From positions 124,001-188,000 of the forward strand of contig NW_025767016.1 of NCBI RefSeq assembly GCF_003918875.1: a DNA stretch of 64,000 nt, given 5' to 3'. Positions 1 through 13,732 of the stretch are shown piece after piece (the first letter of the stretch is position 1; every line of letters starts with the position of its first letter). A program made the translations under genes and the position numbers. The stretch comes from Haliotis rubra (taxonomy: Eukaryota). The notes beneath the pieces are model-generated. The model was not told the DNA's origin. It searched no databases and was given only the letters and a program-made list of their open reading frames with translations.

Positions 1-1175
1 CAGGTCAACAATACAGACAGTCAGATCAGCAATACAGACACTCAAGTCAACAATACAGACAATCAGGTCAACAATACAGACAGCCAGGTCAGAAAAACAT
101 AGTCATGTGAACAACACACACAAATCAACAATACAGAAAGTCATGTGAACAATACAGACAGCAAGGTCAACAATACAGACAGACAGGCCAGCAATACAGA
201 CAGGCAGGTAAGCAATACAGAGAGTCATGTGAACAATACAGACAGCCAGGTGGACAATACAGACAGTCAGGTCAACAATACAGACAGTCAGGTCAACAAT
301 ACAGACAGCCATGTAAACAATACCGATAGCCAGGTCAACAATACCGACTGCCAGGTTAACAATACCGACAGCCAGGTCAGCAATACCGAGAGCCAGGTCA
401 ACAATACAGACAGCTAGGTGAACAATACAGAAAGTCAGGACAACAATACAGACAGTCAGGTCAACAATACAGAGAGTCAGGTCAACAATACAGAGAGTCA
501 GGTCAACTATACAGACAGTCAGGGACAGTCAGGTCAACAATACAGACAGTCAGGTCAACAATACAGACAGTCAGGTCAACAATACAGACAGTCAGGTCAA
601 CAATACAGACAGTCAGGTCAACAATACAGACAGTCAGGTCAACAATACAGACAGTCAGGTCAACAATACAGACAGTCAGGTCAACAATACAGACAGTCAG
701 GTCAACAATCAACAATAACAGACAGTCAGTCAGGTCAACAATATAGACAGCAAGGTCAACAATACATACAATCATGTGAAAAATACAGACAGTCAGGTCA
801 ACAATACAGAGAGTCAGGTCAACAATACAGAGAGTCAGGTCAACTATACAGACAGTCAGGTCAACAATACAGACAGTCAGGTCAACAATATAGACAGTCA
901 GGTCAACAATACAGACAGTCAGGTCAACAATACAGACAGTCAGGTCAACAATATAGACAGCAAGGTCAACAATACATACAATCATGTGAAAAATACAGAC
1001 AGTCAGGTCAACAATACAGACAGTCAGGTCAACAATACAGACAGTCAGGTCAACAATACAGACAGTAAGGTCAACAATACAGACAGCCAGGTCAACAATA
1101 CAGACAGTCAGGTCATCAATACATACAGTCATGTGAACAATACATAGAGAGAGGTGAACAATGCAGACAGTCATG
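1..1175. repeat. 21-bp minisatellite (CAGGTCAACAATACAGACAGT)n, open at window start
   Basis: About 55 tandem copies; explains the QVNNTDS / SGQQYRQ / VCIVDLT ORFs on both strands. Confidence 0.95.
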
Positions 1176-1179
1176 TGCA

Positions 1180-1860
1180 CCCGACCTAACCACACACCAC
1201 CACCATCACCCAATACACCCCAACCCCACCACACACACCCACTACCACCCAATACACACCAGCCCAACCACAAACCCACTACCACCCAATACACACCAGC
1301 CCAACCACACACCCCTGCCATCCAATACACACCAGCCTAACCACACACCCACTACCACCCAATACACACCAGCCCAACCACACGCCCCTACAACCCAATA
1401 TACACCAGCCCAACGACACACACCCACCCAATACAGACCAACCCTACCACTCACCAACATCCCTACCCAATACACACCAGCCCTACCACACACCAGCACC
1501 ACCACCCAATACACACCAACCCAACCACACACCACCACCACCCAATACACACCAACCCAACCACACACTCCCACCACCACCCAATACACACCAACCCAAT
1601 ACACACCAAACCACCCACACCACCCAATACACACCAACCCAACCACACACCACCACCACCCAATACACACCAGCCCAACCACACAACCACCACCACCCAA
1701 TACACACCAGCCCAACCACACACACCCACCACCACCCAATACACACCAACCCAACCACACACCCACCACCACCCAATACACACCAACCCAACCACACACC
1801 ACCACCACCCAGTACACACCAACCCTATCACACACCCACCCGACACACACCGAACCCATA
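1180..1860. repeat. C/A-rich degenerate minisatellite, unit about 33-36 bp (CCCAATACACACCARCCCAACCACACACCACCACCA-like)
   Basis: Recurrent CCCAATACACACC core, about 19 copies. Confidence 0.9.
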
Positions 1861-2171
1861 GCACCCATACACCCTACGTTGGTAAGCATGTAATTATATT
1901 GTGTTCATATACAGTTAATAAATATCAAGTCATTAAGCAGAAGGATTCCCATACAACTGAGTACATTCCTTGACACGACTTCTGTGATCCCAAGACAACA
2001 TAAAATGAATGTTAAAACTGACCTTTACATCACAGGGGCGTTCCAAGATACTGTTTTCAATACAAGTCTTTGTATCACAATTCATTTGTTGATTGTTGAA
2101 TCCTGAACTATAGAAATCAGTGATTGATATTATGAGCCAAGTCAATGTCCGCAGACTACATTTACATGCAA

Positions 2172-2312
2172 GTGAATGAGTGAGTTTAGTTCAGCAATAT
2201 TCCAGCAATATCACCAGCAATATCACACATTGTACCCATGTAGGGAATCGAACCCGGGTCATCGGTGCGACGGGCGAACGCTCCTTCCACTAGGCTAGCC
2301 TACCACCACCCA
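2172..2312 (-). mobile_element. tRNA-derived SINE with (ACTC)n tail, internally deleted
   Basis: Minus strand has A box TAGCCTAGTGG and B box GGTTCGATTCC; 12-bp TSD ATTTACATGCAA at 2160-2171 and 2313-2324; homologous to 30809-30945 and 49444-49606. Confidence 0.85.
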
Positions 2313-3411
2313 ATTTACATGCAATCAACCAAGCCCCCGACTCTAACTCGTCTATCTGTACCGCCACCACTCATACACAGCTTGGTCATTTGAGACCATT
2401 TGTAACCCGAAATCTCTGTACGGCCATTGTTAATATTTGGAAATACAAAGATTATTAGATTTTACGTGCCCTTTAATCGTTTAGAATTGCACAAAAAAGT
2501 ATGTGATGAGTAAATAAATGTTCACACATGGTCTTGCCCAGGATGTTCACAATCGTCAAACGCTGGACGGCAGTGTGAGACATGCCCTTCCTCGGGGACA
2601 CTTGCTCAGGGATGTCGTCTGCCCGCTACTTGGTAGTTGCTCGATCACTGATAAACAACCATCGCAAGATAGATTGTCACAGTCACAATCGTGCGACCTT
2701 AACAAGATAGAAATCTGGAGAACACGCTGTACTAGGTTTTCACCAAGATTATTTCAGAGAATGTTCTACATGTACGTGCAAATGGGATCGTTATGACATT
2801 GCCCCACGACATCCGGGTACACTGGACAGCTATGAAGCAAGAATACAAGACTGCTGACGTTTTTATATAATTCCAAAAAATATCTGTCGTGGGTACAGTT
2901 TTTAGAAAATATAACCCTTGAAATATCTGACTAATTGTAATTGCATAGATGATTTCGTCGGTATTTGTCTGAAACAGTTCTGGTGCCATGTTAGAGTTTA
3001 ACTCACTCACTCACCCACATATTGTAGGTGGATGCTCAAGACTTGCACACACATCATAGAGTAGACATCTAACACAAGTGTCACTTTCCTTGGCAATTTG
3101 CCATCTGCGCTATCGGATCTCGTTCAGTATGACTATACTGCACTGCACGATGCATATATGTAACATATGCAGTCAAGTCGGCATTATAATGGTTTATGCT
3201 TTCAAACCATGCTTTACCTCTCATCGTGTCGTTTAGGACAACATTCAAAGCACGTGTCATTTATGAAGTAAGGTTTAACCCTATGTGTAGAATAAAGAAA
3301 AGGGTTTTGACCTGAATTCTCATAGTTCACAATTACACTTTATTACAACTTGAATACAGATTGAGGTTAAGCAGAATTTCACTTTTCTAAGATGTCATAT
3401 CTATGACTCAC

Positions 3412-3557
3412 CTTGTTAGGATATTTTGTTATTGGAGATAGCCATTAAATCAAATCTGTATTAAGTGGTGCCATGAAGTGAACATCCTCGGCTAACTGAC
3501 GAGCCGCCGTCTTCCTGCCTGCACCCTTACGTTGAGAGACAAAGTAGCTTTTATATA
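3412..3557 (-). promoter_or_regulatory. candidate TATA box plus first exon of a minus-strand gene continuing leftwards
   Basis: TATATAAAAG at 3557-3548 and a strong donor AAG|GTGAGT at 3412/3411; downstream coding exons not identified. Confidence 0.35.
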
Positions 3558-3734
3558 CATAACATTCCATTGCATAGTCTATGGGTAGCTAAGGCACATT
3601 ATATTACCTCAATGTTGTGTAAGTATCAATAGCCTCATTAAGCAATAAATAGCATTTAAATCTAGGTTTTCATATCAATATAATCATTTCACTCCAACTT
3701 GGCCATTGTGAGACGTAAGATGGTTCCCGGCTCC

Positions 3735-3932
3735 TAGTCTGTCTCACAGTCCCTGAACCACATTAATTTCCCAACTGCCAAGCCCTCTCTGCAGTGCTAA
3801 AGCCCTAAATAAAGCAACTCTAGATTACCTCAGGTTCTGAATCTCTGGTCTCCCTAGGGCTCCTTTTCAATTTAAATGGGCTTGTTTGTTACTATCAAAA
3901 TTATATATATTCAGAGACTAAGCCTTAGTCTA
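3735..3932. mobile_element. 198-bp non-autonomous DNA transposon, AcademH-like, copy 1
   Basis: TAGTCT...TAGTCTA termini, 9-bp TSD CCCGGCTCC (3726-3734, 3933-3941); near-identical copy at 25580-25771. Confidence 0.8.
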
Positions 3933-4771
3933 CCCGGCTCCATGTGCGCGTCGTTAAGTATATTGGGATGTGAGGGAAGGGGCCCAGCCTATTTCGATAG
4001 CGGGCTAACTAGCCGAAGTAGAGCTGATTATTGTCAGTTGAGGTGTTTTCTTTGGCTACGCCACTTTCAGCTCTAATGTTAGCAGACAGCATGTAATGGT
4101 GTTCTTCCTGTAAATACAGGTTTCTACGTCACTTCCACACCAACTTGTAATGGTGTGCTCCATAAGTTGGTTGCTGTAAATGGTACAGTAAAACGCACTC
4201 GACTGAACTGCCTGTGAGGTTATACGACGTCGCGACCAACATGAGACGAACATGGCGCTGGGAAAGCAACACTGGTCGTTGTATGACTGCAGTATGCTTC
4301 TAAATGCCGAACACTGAGCAAATGGTATGTGTGGTAGTAGACCCATCAAGGTCCATGCTTGTCGACAAGGGGCAACTTTCAGGAACTGGCAGTCGGGTTC
4401 GATGACGTTGATGCATGTATTTGTATTCCAGTGTCACTGATCGATGTTCATGATATCGATCACTGGATTGCCTTGTCCTAACCCGATTGTTTATAGACCA
4501 CTGTCATGACATCACTGAATGCAGTGTGAGACAACAACGAGACAATGTAAACAACGGGAAATATTGCAAAACAAAAGCATGTCCTCTGAAACTTGTAAAA
4601 GAATCCTGATTTTTGTCCCCAGAGAATACAGAGAATTGTGTGGCTGTTGTGGTTTGAATAAGTTGCAACATGATTGATATTTTGTTTGAAGTATTTTCTT
4701 CCCAGGTTATAAAATACAATAATACAACTAAAACTCTCTAAACAGTAATTGATCTGGTGTTTGTTCGTTTG

Positions 4772-5015
4772 TGAGGTGAGGTGAGGTGAAATTGGGTTTA
4801 ACGTCGTGCTTGAGAATATTTCGCTCATATGACGACGTGCATGCGTGTGTATGTGTATGTGCGGCTGCTTGTACTAGCCCAGACTGAAGCTGGTTTTATA
4901 GTGTTAGCTCACTGAGATACCATGCCACAGTGAAGCATGAATACCCCACTTAGACACATTATACTGACCCCGAGCCGACAAGTCCTTGTTGTACCCATTA
5001 ATGCCGAGCGCCAGG
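4772..5015 (-). mobile_element. degenerate SINE-like fragment
   Basis: (CTCAC)n tail on minus strand preceded by a decayed ATATT-type tail motif like the other SINEs here; no intact pol III head. Confidence 0.45.
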
Positions 5016-6018
5016 CTTGTTCGTTTGTCGGGGCTGTGGGTGGAGTATATTGAACAGCACTAGGTTCATTACGTCAACCCATGCGTGTGGGAAGAGGTGG
5101 GGTGTGCTGCATGTGAAGGACGGATGGTGAGGCCGAAAGCTCTGATTGAGTCGTGTCATCGTGACCCCACGACGCTGGCCGTTGCAGATGTCTTCACTCA
5201 CTCACTTATTAACAGACAGAAGATAAATAGCTAGCATGACATTGCTTTTATGTGTCCATACATAAGTATAATTCGTATACTTCGAAAATATACTGCCCGT
5301 GTCTAGCCTGGTCTGGGGTTGGCGGTGAACATCGACGTTGAGCAGCAATTACCCTGTTGGGGAGGGTGACGCATTTGCTGTGACGAGTCGCCTCCCTTAA
5401 TTCATCGTTCTACCAAATCAGCTGTTTATCACCAAAATGTTAATTCCGCCAGAGATAACGTCTTCGTGTGTGTTTCGGTTCCATATAATGCTATAATGTA
5501 GGGATATTTAATTTATGTTTAAACTCAAATACTCTTAATCTGATACACGAAACTTTAGATAAAGAAAGCACTCAAAATGAAGATAAAATATAGTCGAAGA
5601 GTTTATTCTGATTGTTACAGGTTCAAACATGTCATGATTCATATATATTAACACGTCCCCATCATGACAACAATAAATTACAACATACAAAATAAGGCAA
5701 GAAAATAAATCAGACAAGATAATCATCTCAGGATTATGGGCTGAACACCTGGATACCAACAATTCCAGGTATATCAACAACAACATTCCAGCTATATGAC
5801 CGGGGTCTGAAAGTACTCTAGTCTGGACAAGAGGATCCAGTCATTGACATCATGAGCGTGAATCGACGCAAATGGGACTATGTCATGCATCAGTTAAGTC
5901 AGCGAGCCCCGCTGACTGGTCCCGTTAATCGTCTCTCACCCAAGCATTGTTTTGTTTAAGAATAATACTAACCAGGATCCTCACGGGTTTCTTTAGTCAA
6001 TGAAACGTGCCCATCAAA

Positions 6019-7417
6019 TCAGGCCATGTTCACATTGTCTTGCTTCTCAGGCGCCGTAATGTTTGTGGATGAAGTAAACACTGGCCTTGACTTGCTTCTG
6101 ATGATGACGAGGACTATCTTGGCAATTAGGGCTAACACGGCTAGCACTATGAGTACAATGGTGAAGATGGAATTTCCACGAGCAGCGTCATAGTTTTTGT
6201 CTAGACTGCCAGACAGAGCCCATATGACGACGCAATAGGGAGTGATGGTGTACCGGCTGTATTTGTCGAATAGGAAGAGGTCGGTGAGGACGAAGAGAAG
6301 CAAAGCGGTGGTGATAAAGCCGAGAGAGATTGAGGAAGCAGTGCTCTGGTCAATAGGAGGGTTAGCTCTGTAGGCAATCACAAAGCCCATGTTGAGGAAG
6401 GTAGCAGTGGTGGTCCACGCCGCATACATACCAAGCCCGTTGTGGACAAATACACGCATCAACGTATCTTCAATCTTCAGATTCAGTTTAGCAAGAACCT
6501 CCATGTTATCATTCAATGTTTTGTAGGAGATATACAAGCAGATGTACAGGGTGAACGCAATGGCGAACAGGAAGCTGAAGGACAGTTCGATGAGTTGGCG
6601 GTCAAAAAGAAGGAGCCAGCTGATGTTGAGGAACATGTTCAGGATGTACATTCCGAAGAAGGCCGGAGTAAGAAGAATGGGGTTGAGGTATAGGGGTCCT
6701 TCTTGGGTCTTCCTGCAAATACGGACCAAGGAGTAGATGATCCAGGCGGCCTGCCACGCATAGATCAGGCCCCAGATGCTGAAGGTCCAGCCGGCGGGGG
6801 TGATCTCCACGTAGAATGCGTCCGAGATGTCCCCGGTGGAATTCAGGAAGATACCTACGACAAACACAATGTGAAATGTAATACCACAGTTTAATTAATC
6901 ACTGTGGTATTACATTTCGAACAAAATCACATTACATTACGTAAAAGGGTTATTATGACGTATTTTTAAAGTTTGTGGTGCTGTATTCTAAAGGTAGGCA
7001 AACACAATGTGAAATACAATTACATTAGTTATTCAATAGTCACAGAAGCGGACATAGTGTTACCAATGTTACCCTCGTCGAATCATTGTAAGTATAAAAT
7101 CGTAAATAACGTTTAATCAAAAGATAAAAAAACAACACTCTTAACAAATTTTCAAATGCATATATTTCATATGCAAGTGCCTAAAATTCAAAACTGTAAC
7201 CACAAAAGACAGTAAGAACTTTCAACAGTCCAACTCGAACTGGCCATTACCGTCTTCGATCTGTCACAAACCCGGCATGCCTTGCGCCCAAGCTCGCCCC
7301 TGACTTACCTAAGCTGGTATCTGCCGCCAATCCGTTGAAGATGGCGGTGAGTATGAAGGCGAGCAGAGCCCCCACATTGAGGGCCTGCAACAACATTGGC
7401 GGGGGCGACTTCATCAT
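6019..7417 (-). CDS. TspO/MBR-like multi-pass membrane protein, paralogue 1 (314 aa; least derived motifs)
   Basis: Coding exons 7417-7309 (MMKSPPPMLL...DTSL, donor G|GTAAGT) and 6854-6019 (acceptor TCGTAG|GT); 945 nt in frame. Motifs EITPAGWTFSIWGLIY, LNISW, YAAWTTTATFLN; about 8 hydrophobic segments. Confidence 0.9.
6873..6918. repeat. perfect 18-bp inverted repeat (hairpin) in intron of paralogue 1
   Basis: GAAATGTAATACCACAGT / ACTGTGGTATTACATTTC with a 10-nt loop. Confidence 0.9.
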
Positions 7418-7489
7418 GAGCGATCGCAACCAAACCTGAAACCAAACACCTACAGGTTATTAATTGACTTAGCGAATGATTTGCGTTAA

Positions 7490-10400
7490 CCCCTGGATGC
7501 CGAATTCTTTTTCAGGCGCACATTTTCATACTGTTTGAAAAGTGAACGTTGTGCGAGAATTACGCTCGCGTGGTCCTGGATCTACGTACGGCTATAAAAT
7601 TACACAGAAATGTAGAATATTAAATTCTCCGCTTTTTTTGCGCACCGATAAAAGCACTGTGCTACGAATTTTTTAATTTGGCATCTTTACGGAAAGTGTG
7701 AGCGAAGAAAATGCAGCCTGATATCTGAACGACATAAGTGTATATGAATTGGGTTTATTTGCTCATACATAACGTTATACGCTCAACATTAAAAATGACT
7801 TGGAATACATGTCAAAAATGGATTTTCTTCTATGACGTCAAACGACGACAGAGAGGTCATACACCACTCTCCTACCCAGAGTTCCATGCGGCAAGCCAGC
7901 ATAGTACCTCTGCCACAGGCCAGAAAAATGTGACGATTCGTCACATCTTGCACCGTCCATTCAATATAATGTACAGATTTCTTTTACTCTTTTATTTTTG
8001 ACAAGTCTACATATCTAACTAAACATCTTTAATAGAATGGTTTAGTTTCACTGAGAAAATATCCAAAACATGTAACACTATTTCGATTTGCGTAGCGATC
8101 CTTTGTTTACATAGGTTGTACGGCTCCACGTGCTGTCATCGAAGCCGACGGAGAGCAAACGATGCAGCCAGTTTGATATCTAAATATGTACTGTCATAGA
8201 CGTAACTGTCGCAGTTGTGGAAGAATATATATGTAACAATGTAAAACATTGTGAAGAGAGCGCCGAAACGCTCTCGTGAGTCCAGTCTCTTCTTATAATG
8301 AATATGCGCGTTTGATTACAAACAAGAGAAAAGTCCGGTCACGTGATATGCAAATTAGCCTGTGGCAGTGATGTTATGTTAAGTCATCGCTGTGCCGGAG
8401 TGTGGTCATACACGTATAATGATAAAGGGGCATAACTCCGTTATGCTTAACACTAGGTCAGTGTAACTCAGATCACATGGAGAGAGAATTTGTTGTGGAT
8501 ACGGACGCTATAATTTACTTATTTTTTGTTCAAGGTGAACCAAACTATTCCAATTCAAAGTTCCCCAATGTGAGCGGATACGCTTTGATAGTTTCACAAT
8601 TTATAAGAAAAGATGACAACGTACTACATGTGAAAGGACGTAATAGCGATTTGGATGGCCCTATCCGATATATAAGTTAGTTCTTAGATTCCCATATACA
8701 TGTATTGTCCTGTTTGTGTAGATGTAATTTGACTAATTTTGCATCGTTATTACCAGAGTACTAGCCATATCTTCAAATGTAATGAAATTGCTGAAAATAA
8801 TACAACATTTTAGTTGACGTCATTTCTTGTTTTATGCATTTTGCGACGTCGGAAAAAGACGACATTGGTATGCTGATTAGTATACATCTCACCTAATTTC
8901 CATTAATTGTGTGAAAGGTCTCGGCTTCTATGTCAGAATTTAACACTCTTTAGACAAAACATAAAAATGACTGATTTTCCCATTTAAATAGTGTCCTGAA
9001 TATATCAACAATTAGACAGTTGGACTGTGTATCTAATTGTGAGCAACACGCGCACCTGTTTGGCATCAATTTAACGTAAATGAAAAATAACATTTCACAA
9101 CACCCGAATATTTTGTTTAGGATAAGAATTTTCTTTGTTAATGATTATGTAGCTATTTCTCTTCATAGGTATGCAATGGAAGGTGCAAAAAGATAGATTT
9201 TTATATATGGAACTAGTACGTACTATATATTAGAATACGGATGTAAGATTTGTCCGAATTAAGACGACATGGTTCATATATTTTTAAACAATTTTCGTAT
9301 AAATATAGTAAGAGTTTGATATCCTGTCATCACAATATTTCTAAATCGAATATGAATTGATTATATAACGAAAACAATGATAGTGAATCATAAAACATTT
9401 CCGACAAACGCGCACCTGGCCAATCAATATACATCATTAATTTCTCTATGAAACGACACAAAAAGGTGCAATGAACAAGACAATTCCTTTAAATAAGTGT
9501 GCATATATATTTCATAACATATATAAATCATTTTCATTAAATATTATCAGTTTTACTTATAAGGTTGAATTAATTCGACGTTCATTAACCTGTTCATGTG
9601 AAACTGCAATATTAGTCCAAATGCATTGAATATTGTACATCATAGGAACTAAAGTAATTGCAGTTATGGCTACGTTTGATCTTCTAACACTTGTGTAAAG
9701 GTTTAGAATATTGTGTACTGCACTAAATGTGTCAATTTCCTATGTAAATATTATTCAAACAATCAAAAACTTTCAAAGAATAAAACACCGTAAACCATAT
9801 ATGCACGTAAGATATATTGGACAAGGCTAAATGTAGATACTGAAGTCAGTTTCATGAAAAAGTATCTGAACTATACGCAAAATATACATCATAACACAGA
9901 CAGTGTAATCGGAAGGATTGGGCGATTGTGTTTACTCTTGTTCAACCGACCTTCACCTCAAAGAAATTGCCTAATATGTACAACAATGTTGACGTATGAC
10001 ATCACTACTGATGACCTATTTCTTACAAAATGGCGGCTTTGCTGACAAGAATACACAGGATTTTGCAAGGACCCTTCCATTGATTCAGGGATCGTTTGTA
10101 CATAAATATATATGACATGTAAGTAATCAGAATGATTCTGACTATCTGTGTATTGTTATATGTTTTTAGCATTTTCACTGTAAGTAAGGGAAGAAGCCAA
10201 AAATGCTGATAATTACAGTTGTCGTTCTGCGTGATTTTGCGTCAGTCATGGCCTCACGCCGCACGGAAGCTTTGACAATTTCTTATGAATTATAAAATCA
10301 TTGCATTGTATCTATTTATAATTTCCTATTTCTTGCTACGATACTCTTTCCATGCATATTCCAAAGGTATTGAGCCATTGCAAGCAATGAATAGACGGAT

Positions 10401-11140
10401 GAATGTTGAAAAATTTCAGAAAATGCTACGCAGTGTAAAATCGGAATTTGTCTTTGTTTACATTTCGAACCAGCGCAGTCTTTGGAGCACAGCGTTCGTT
10501 TTCACACCCAATTTGTTTCGTCTCATTTTATCTAGACAGTTGGTATTGGTGACAAAGACCAGTTGCAATTTATGGGTAATTCAGTGATGCATTTTTCGTA
10601 GCTGAATATGAAATATACGTGATGTAATAGGCGTCTCAATACCGGCCTTCGCGAAACGTGATTTTGTAAACACTATCCAATATGGCGGAAAGCGCTCTAC
10701 GGCGTTCGTGTAAGTGTATTTTCGAAAACATCCCAACCGATTCTAGATTCATCGGTAACGTTTCAGAATTATCATTAGCGATTTCATGTAAAACTGATAT
10801 CAGTGATCATGAATATGTTATTTTTGAAGTTCAATACACCCAGTAATTATCCGATTTTCACATTTCAAAACATACAGCAAATAACGCTGTGATTGCGATT
10901 TCGTACTGTGTCAAAAATGGCGACATCTTCGATGAAGCCTATTTTGAAAGGTCATTTTCAGCACTTGAGCTTCGTCTAAAATACAAGTGGATGGTATCAA
11001 GAAACATGGGAGATTTCCCGCAGAATTCGAAACTGTGAAGTGTATTTGTGTGCGTGGGATATTTTGATTTTTTGGGGACTTCAAATTGAGGGTTGAAGAA
11101 GAAGGACATATTATTATATGTCCCTGTGGCACCCAGGGGG
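7490..11140. mobile_element. piggyBac-like non-autonomous DNA transposon (3.65 kb)
   Basis: TTAA|CCCCTGGATGCC ... GGCACCCAGGGGG|TTAA: TTAA TSD with CCC/GGG termini; no transposase ORF recognised. Confidence 0.7.
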
Positions 11141-11674
11141 TTAACAGAGCAGTTCGTAAAATCCCGTTCACCTATCTGTAACAAGAGCTATATTACTACA
11201 TTGATATTATGACAAATCCAGAGGAATAATTAAAAAATGATCTCGGAAAGGTGTAGTGCGAAACCAACACAGTGTGCCAAGTGCAAACCTTACCTTCGGG
11301 GAATCATCACAGTTACAGATTATACTGTGACGTGGCATGACGTCACAATGCAACGTTCACAAACACTTTGTGACCCGACGTTGCCATGCGTTACAATAGC
11401 GGCTTACAATGGCAATGGTAAATACAATGATCAAATACATGTTTGGGTGGCACACTCAAATATTTATACTTATTACCTAAGAGGTCGAAAATATCGGGGT
11501 TCATTTTTTTCATACGATGCCCTAGGGCAAAATATCACTTTGTCATGGTGACGTGACGTCATGAACAATGCTATGACGTTGCGTTCTACATACGGCGACG
11601 GCGGGTAGCCAGCCTGTTTGAAAGTAGATTTGGGTTATTTTCCTCAATTTGACGACTTCGGTGATAAACAGAAT

Positions 11675-11790
11675 ATTATATGAGTGCCCATATCATACCA
11701 TGTTTACGACACTCGTGCCTAAATATCCGTATATCCCAACATTTTGGCACTCGTGTCGTAAACATAGTATGACATGGGCACTCATATAAT
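11675..11790. repeat. foldback with about 45-bp arms, probably a transposon end
   Basis: ATTATATGAGTGCCCATATCATACCATGTTTACGACAC pairs with GTGTCGTAAACATAGTATGACATGGGCACTCATATAAT with few mismatches. Confidence 0.8.
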
Positions 11791-11821
11791 ATCCTCAATA
11801 TATGTATATAGATGTGGGCAA

Positions 11822-11948
11822 GGGCCCCGTTTCACTAAGCTCTCGTAGGCCTAAGATCGTACCTCCTATGTTACAGTATAGCAGGTACCAATGCTACGAG
11901 AAAAGTTACGAGATCTTAGGCCTACGAGAGCTTTGTGAAACTGGGCCC
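11822..11948. mobile_element. MITE with 37-bp TIRs (Harbinger-like)
   Basis: GGGCCCCGTTTCACTAAGCTCTCGTAGGCCTAAGATC ... GATCTTAGGCCTACGAGAGCTTTGTGAAACTGGGCCC. Confidence 0.8.
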
Positions 11949-13732
11949 AGCAGTCCCTGGTACAGCATTGGTACCGTTGGTCCATTACACGTAAGTATAT
12001 AGGTTTAGGTGTTGCAGAGATGTATACATGAGGTAGGTCACGTTGCTAAAATTAGGATTAGGTAGATTTTTAGGTAGATTATATTAAACAGTAAGGTGTA
12101 TGACAATATTTCTATTTGATTACTTGTACACCTATATTTTACGATGAGAACACTAGTTACAATATTACTAATTAATATGGTAGAATATGCTTTATATGTT
12201 AACATTTTATGCCGAAAACATTCAATCCACAGAAAGCTTTACCCTCAGTTTAACCTCCACTAAATGCCACACTGGATGCTCTGCATGATCCTATATGAAA
12301 AGTGTTTAAAATAAGTGGTCAGCATGTCATTGCCTATTTACCTGAACAATAGATCTCCTGTAAAAGCCATAACTATCAGCTACTGAATTTTCATACCCAT
12401 TTTGATTAGACACCATGTGTATTGAACTATATGAACTATCCATTTATTGTAAAACGTACCGGTGAAAAGAAATAAAGTTATACAAAATGTGTTTAAAATA
12501 TATGAACTTAATATATATAAATTGCCCAAAATGTGTATGAAATGTATAAAAGGTGCTCTTGAATGATAAGTTGTATGAATAAATGAACGAACAAATGTAC
12601 ATGTTTGTGTTATGAAATAATGAAAATATAGACTAGAAATCATTTTGCCAGGACCAAATAACTTTTCCCAAACTATGTTTTTGACATGTGCCCTAGGTTT
12701 AATCCCCAACTTCCATTGTTTCGCTAATCCTTTATAAACTGACAAGGGTAAAATGTTGCGCCAGGCCCACTTGCCTGAAGGGGCTATAATGAGCAAATTA
12801 ACACGATTGTCGGCCTGGCGCTACCTCCTCGCTTACACTACTCCTTGCTCTATTGTTCCACTGATTGGCCAAGCTGGCCGCAGCACTTCAATGTTCACAA
12901 AAAGGCACAAAGTTTCTTCAGCTTCAGGCTGTATCAGCTGTTTCATGTTGCACCTTGTTCTGTTGTCATTTATTTGTTGTTTCCTCCGTGTTCCTTGTAA
13001 CGCCCTTGGCATATTACACCACAAATACTATTTTATTGCGGAGCAGTCCAGGTTTGAGTGTAAATCGAAACTTCTTTCCTGTTTTTTGTTTGTTTGTTTT
13101 TGTAAAAATTGTAATCATGAATTTTCAACTACACAATTACAGGTTCTACAATTTGTCCAGTTAAAGTTTGATACCCTGAACTCTATAGACTTAATGATAC
13201 ACGAGTTGAATTTATGTTTCGAGTTACGACTCGTTTACTTTTCATCATTGTACACTGGTCACAATTCGATTCATTTAAACATCAGCATTAAGAATTGGAA
13301 CATTTATAATGTTATGGAAAAGTTTCTGATTCTTGGTTTAATGTGACAATCTAGATTGATAGTGTTATTGTTTTTCTTATCACACACTGATCGTCTTTCT
13401 GTCTATCTCTGTTGCTGGATTTATTCCATATTTCTAAAAAAATGAGTCGGGGATCCATGGAATTGTAGAGAAGATTTCAATTCCATAGTTTCATTGACTG
13501 CAAAACATGTTCACGTGTGTTGTAAACAGTTCTTTTGTGAACAGTGTTGAAATGAAAATACGCTACGTCTTTTACGGGATCCGTTGTAGGTACCCCTTTA
13601 AAATATAAAATCAGGTATATAATATAAATGATGGGTGGTTAACATTACTGGAAACATTATTACACAAACTTAATACCACTATATCATTACATTGATCTCC
13701 CCTGTAAAGTAGCACTGGAACAGACCACTTAC

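Noticed and set aside
103-1889. Repetitive ORFs (QVNNTDS, SGQQYRQ, VCIVDLT, GVYWVVV) as structural proteins
   Set aside because: Open in several frames on both strands because the unit is a multiple of three; frame-breaking indels and no signal peptide or splice support.
1933-3010. Short ORFs as exons of a left-hand gene
   Set aside because: No homology to the cluster genes or any recognised domain, and splice signals are weak.
12758-12821. 10-bp inverted repeat GCGCCAGGCC and ORF 12753-13346
   Set aside because: Stem too short to classify; ORF has no recognisable motif and AT-rich noise composition.
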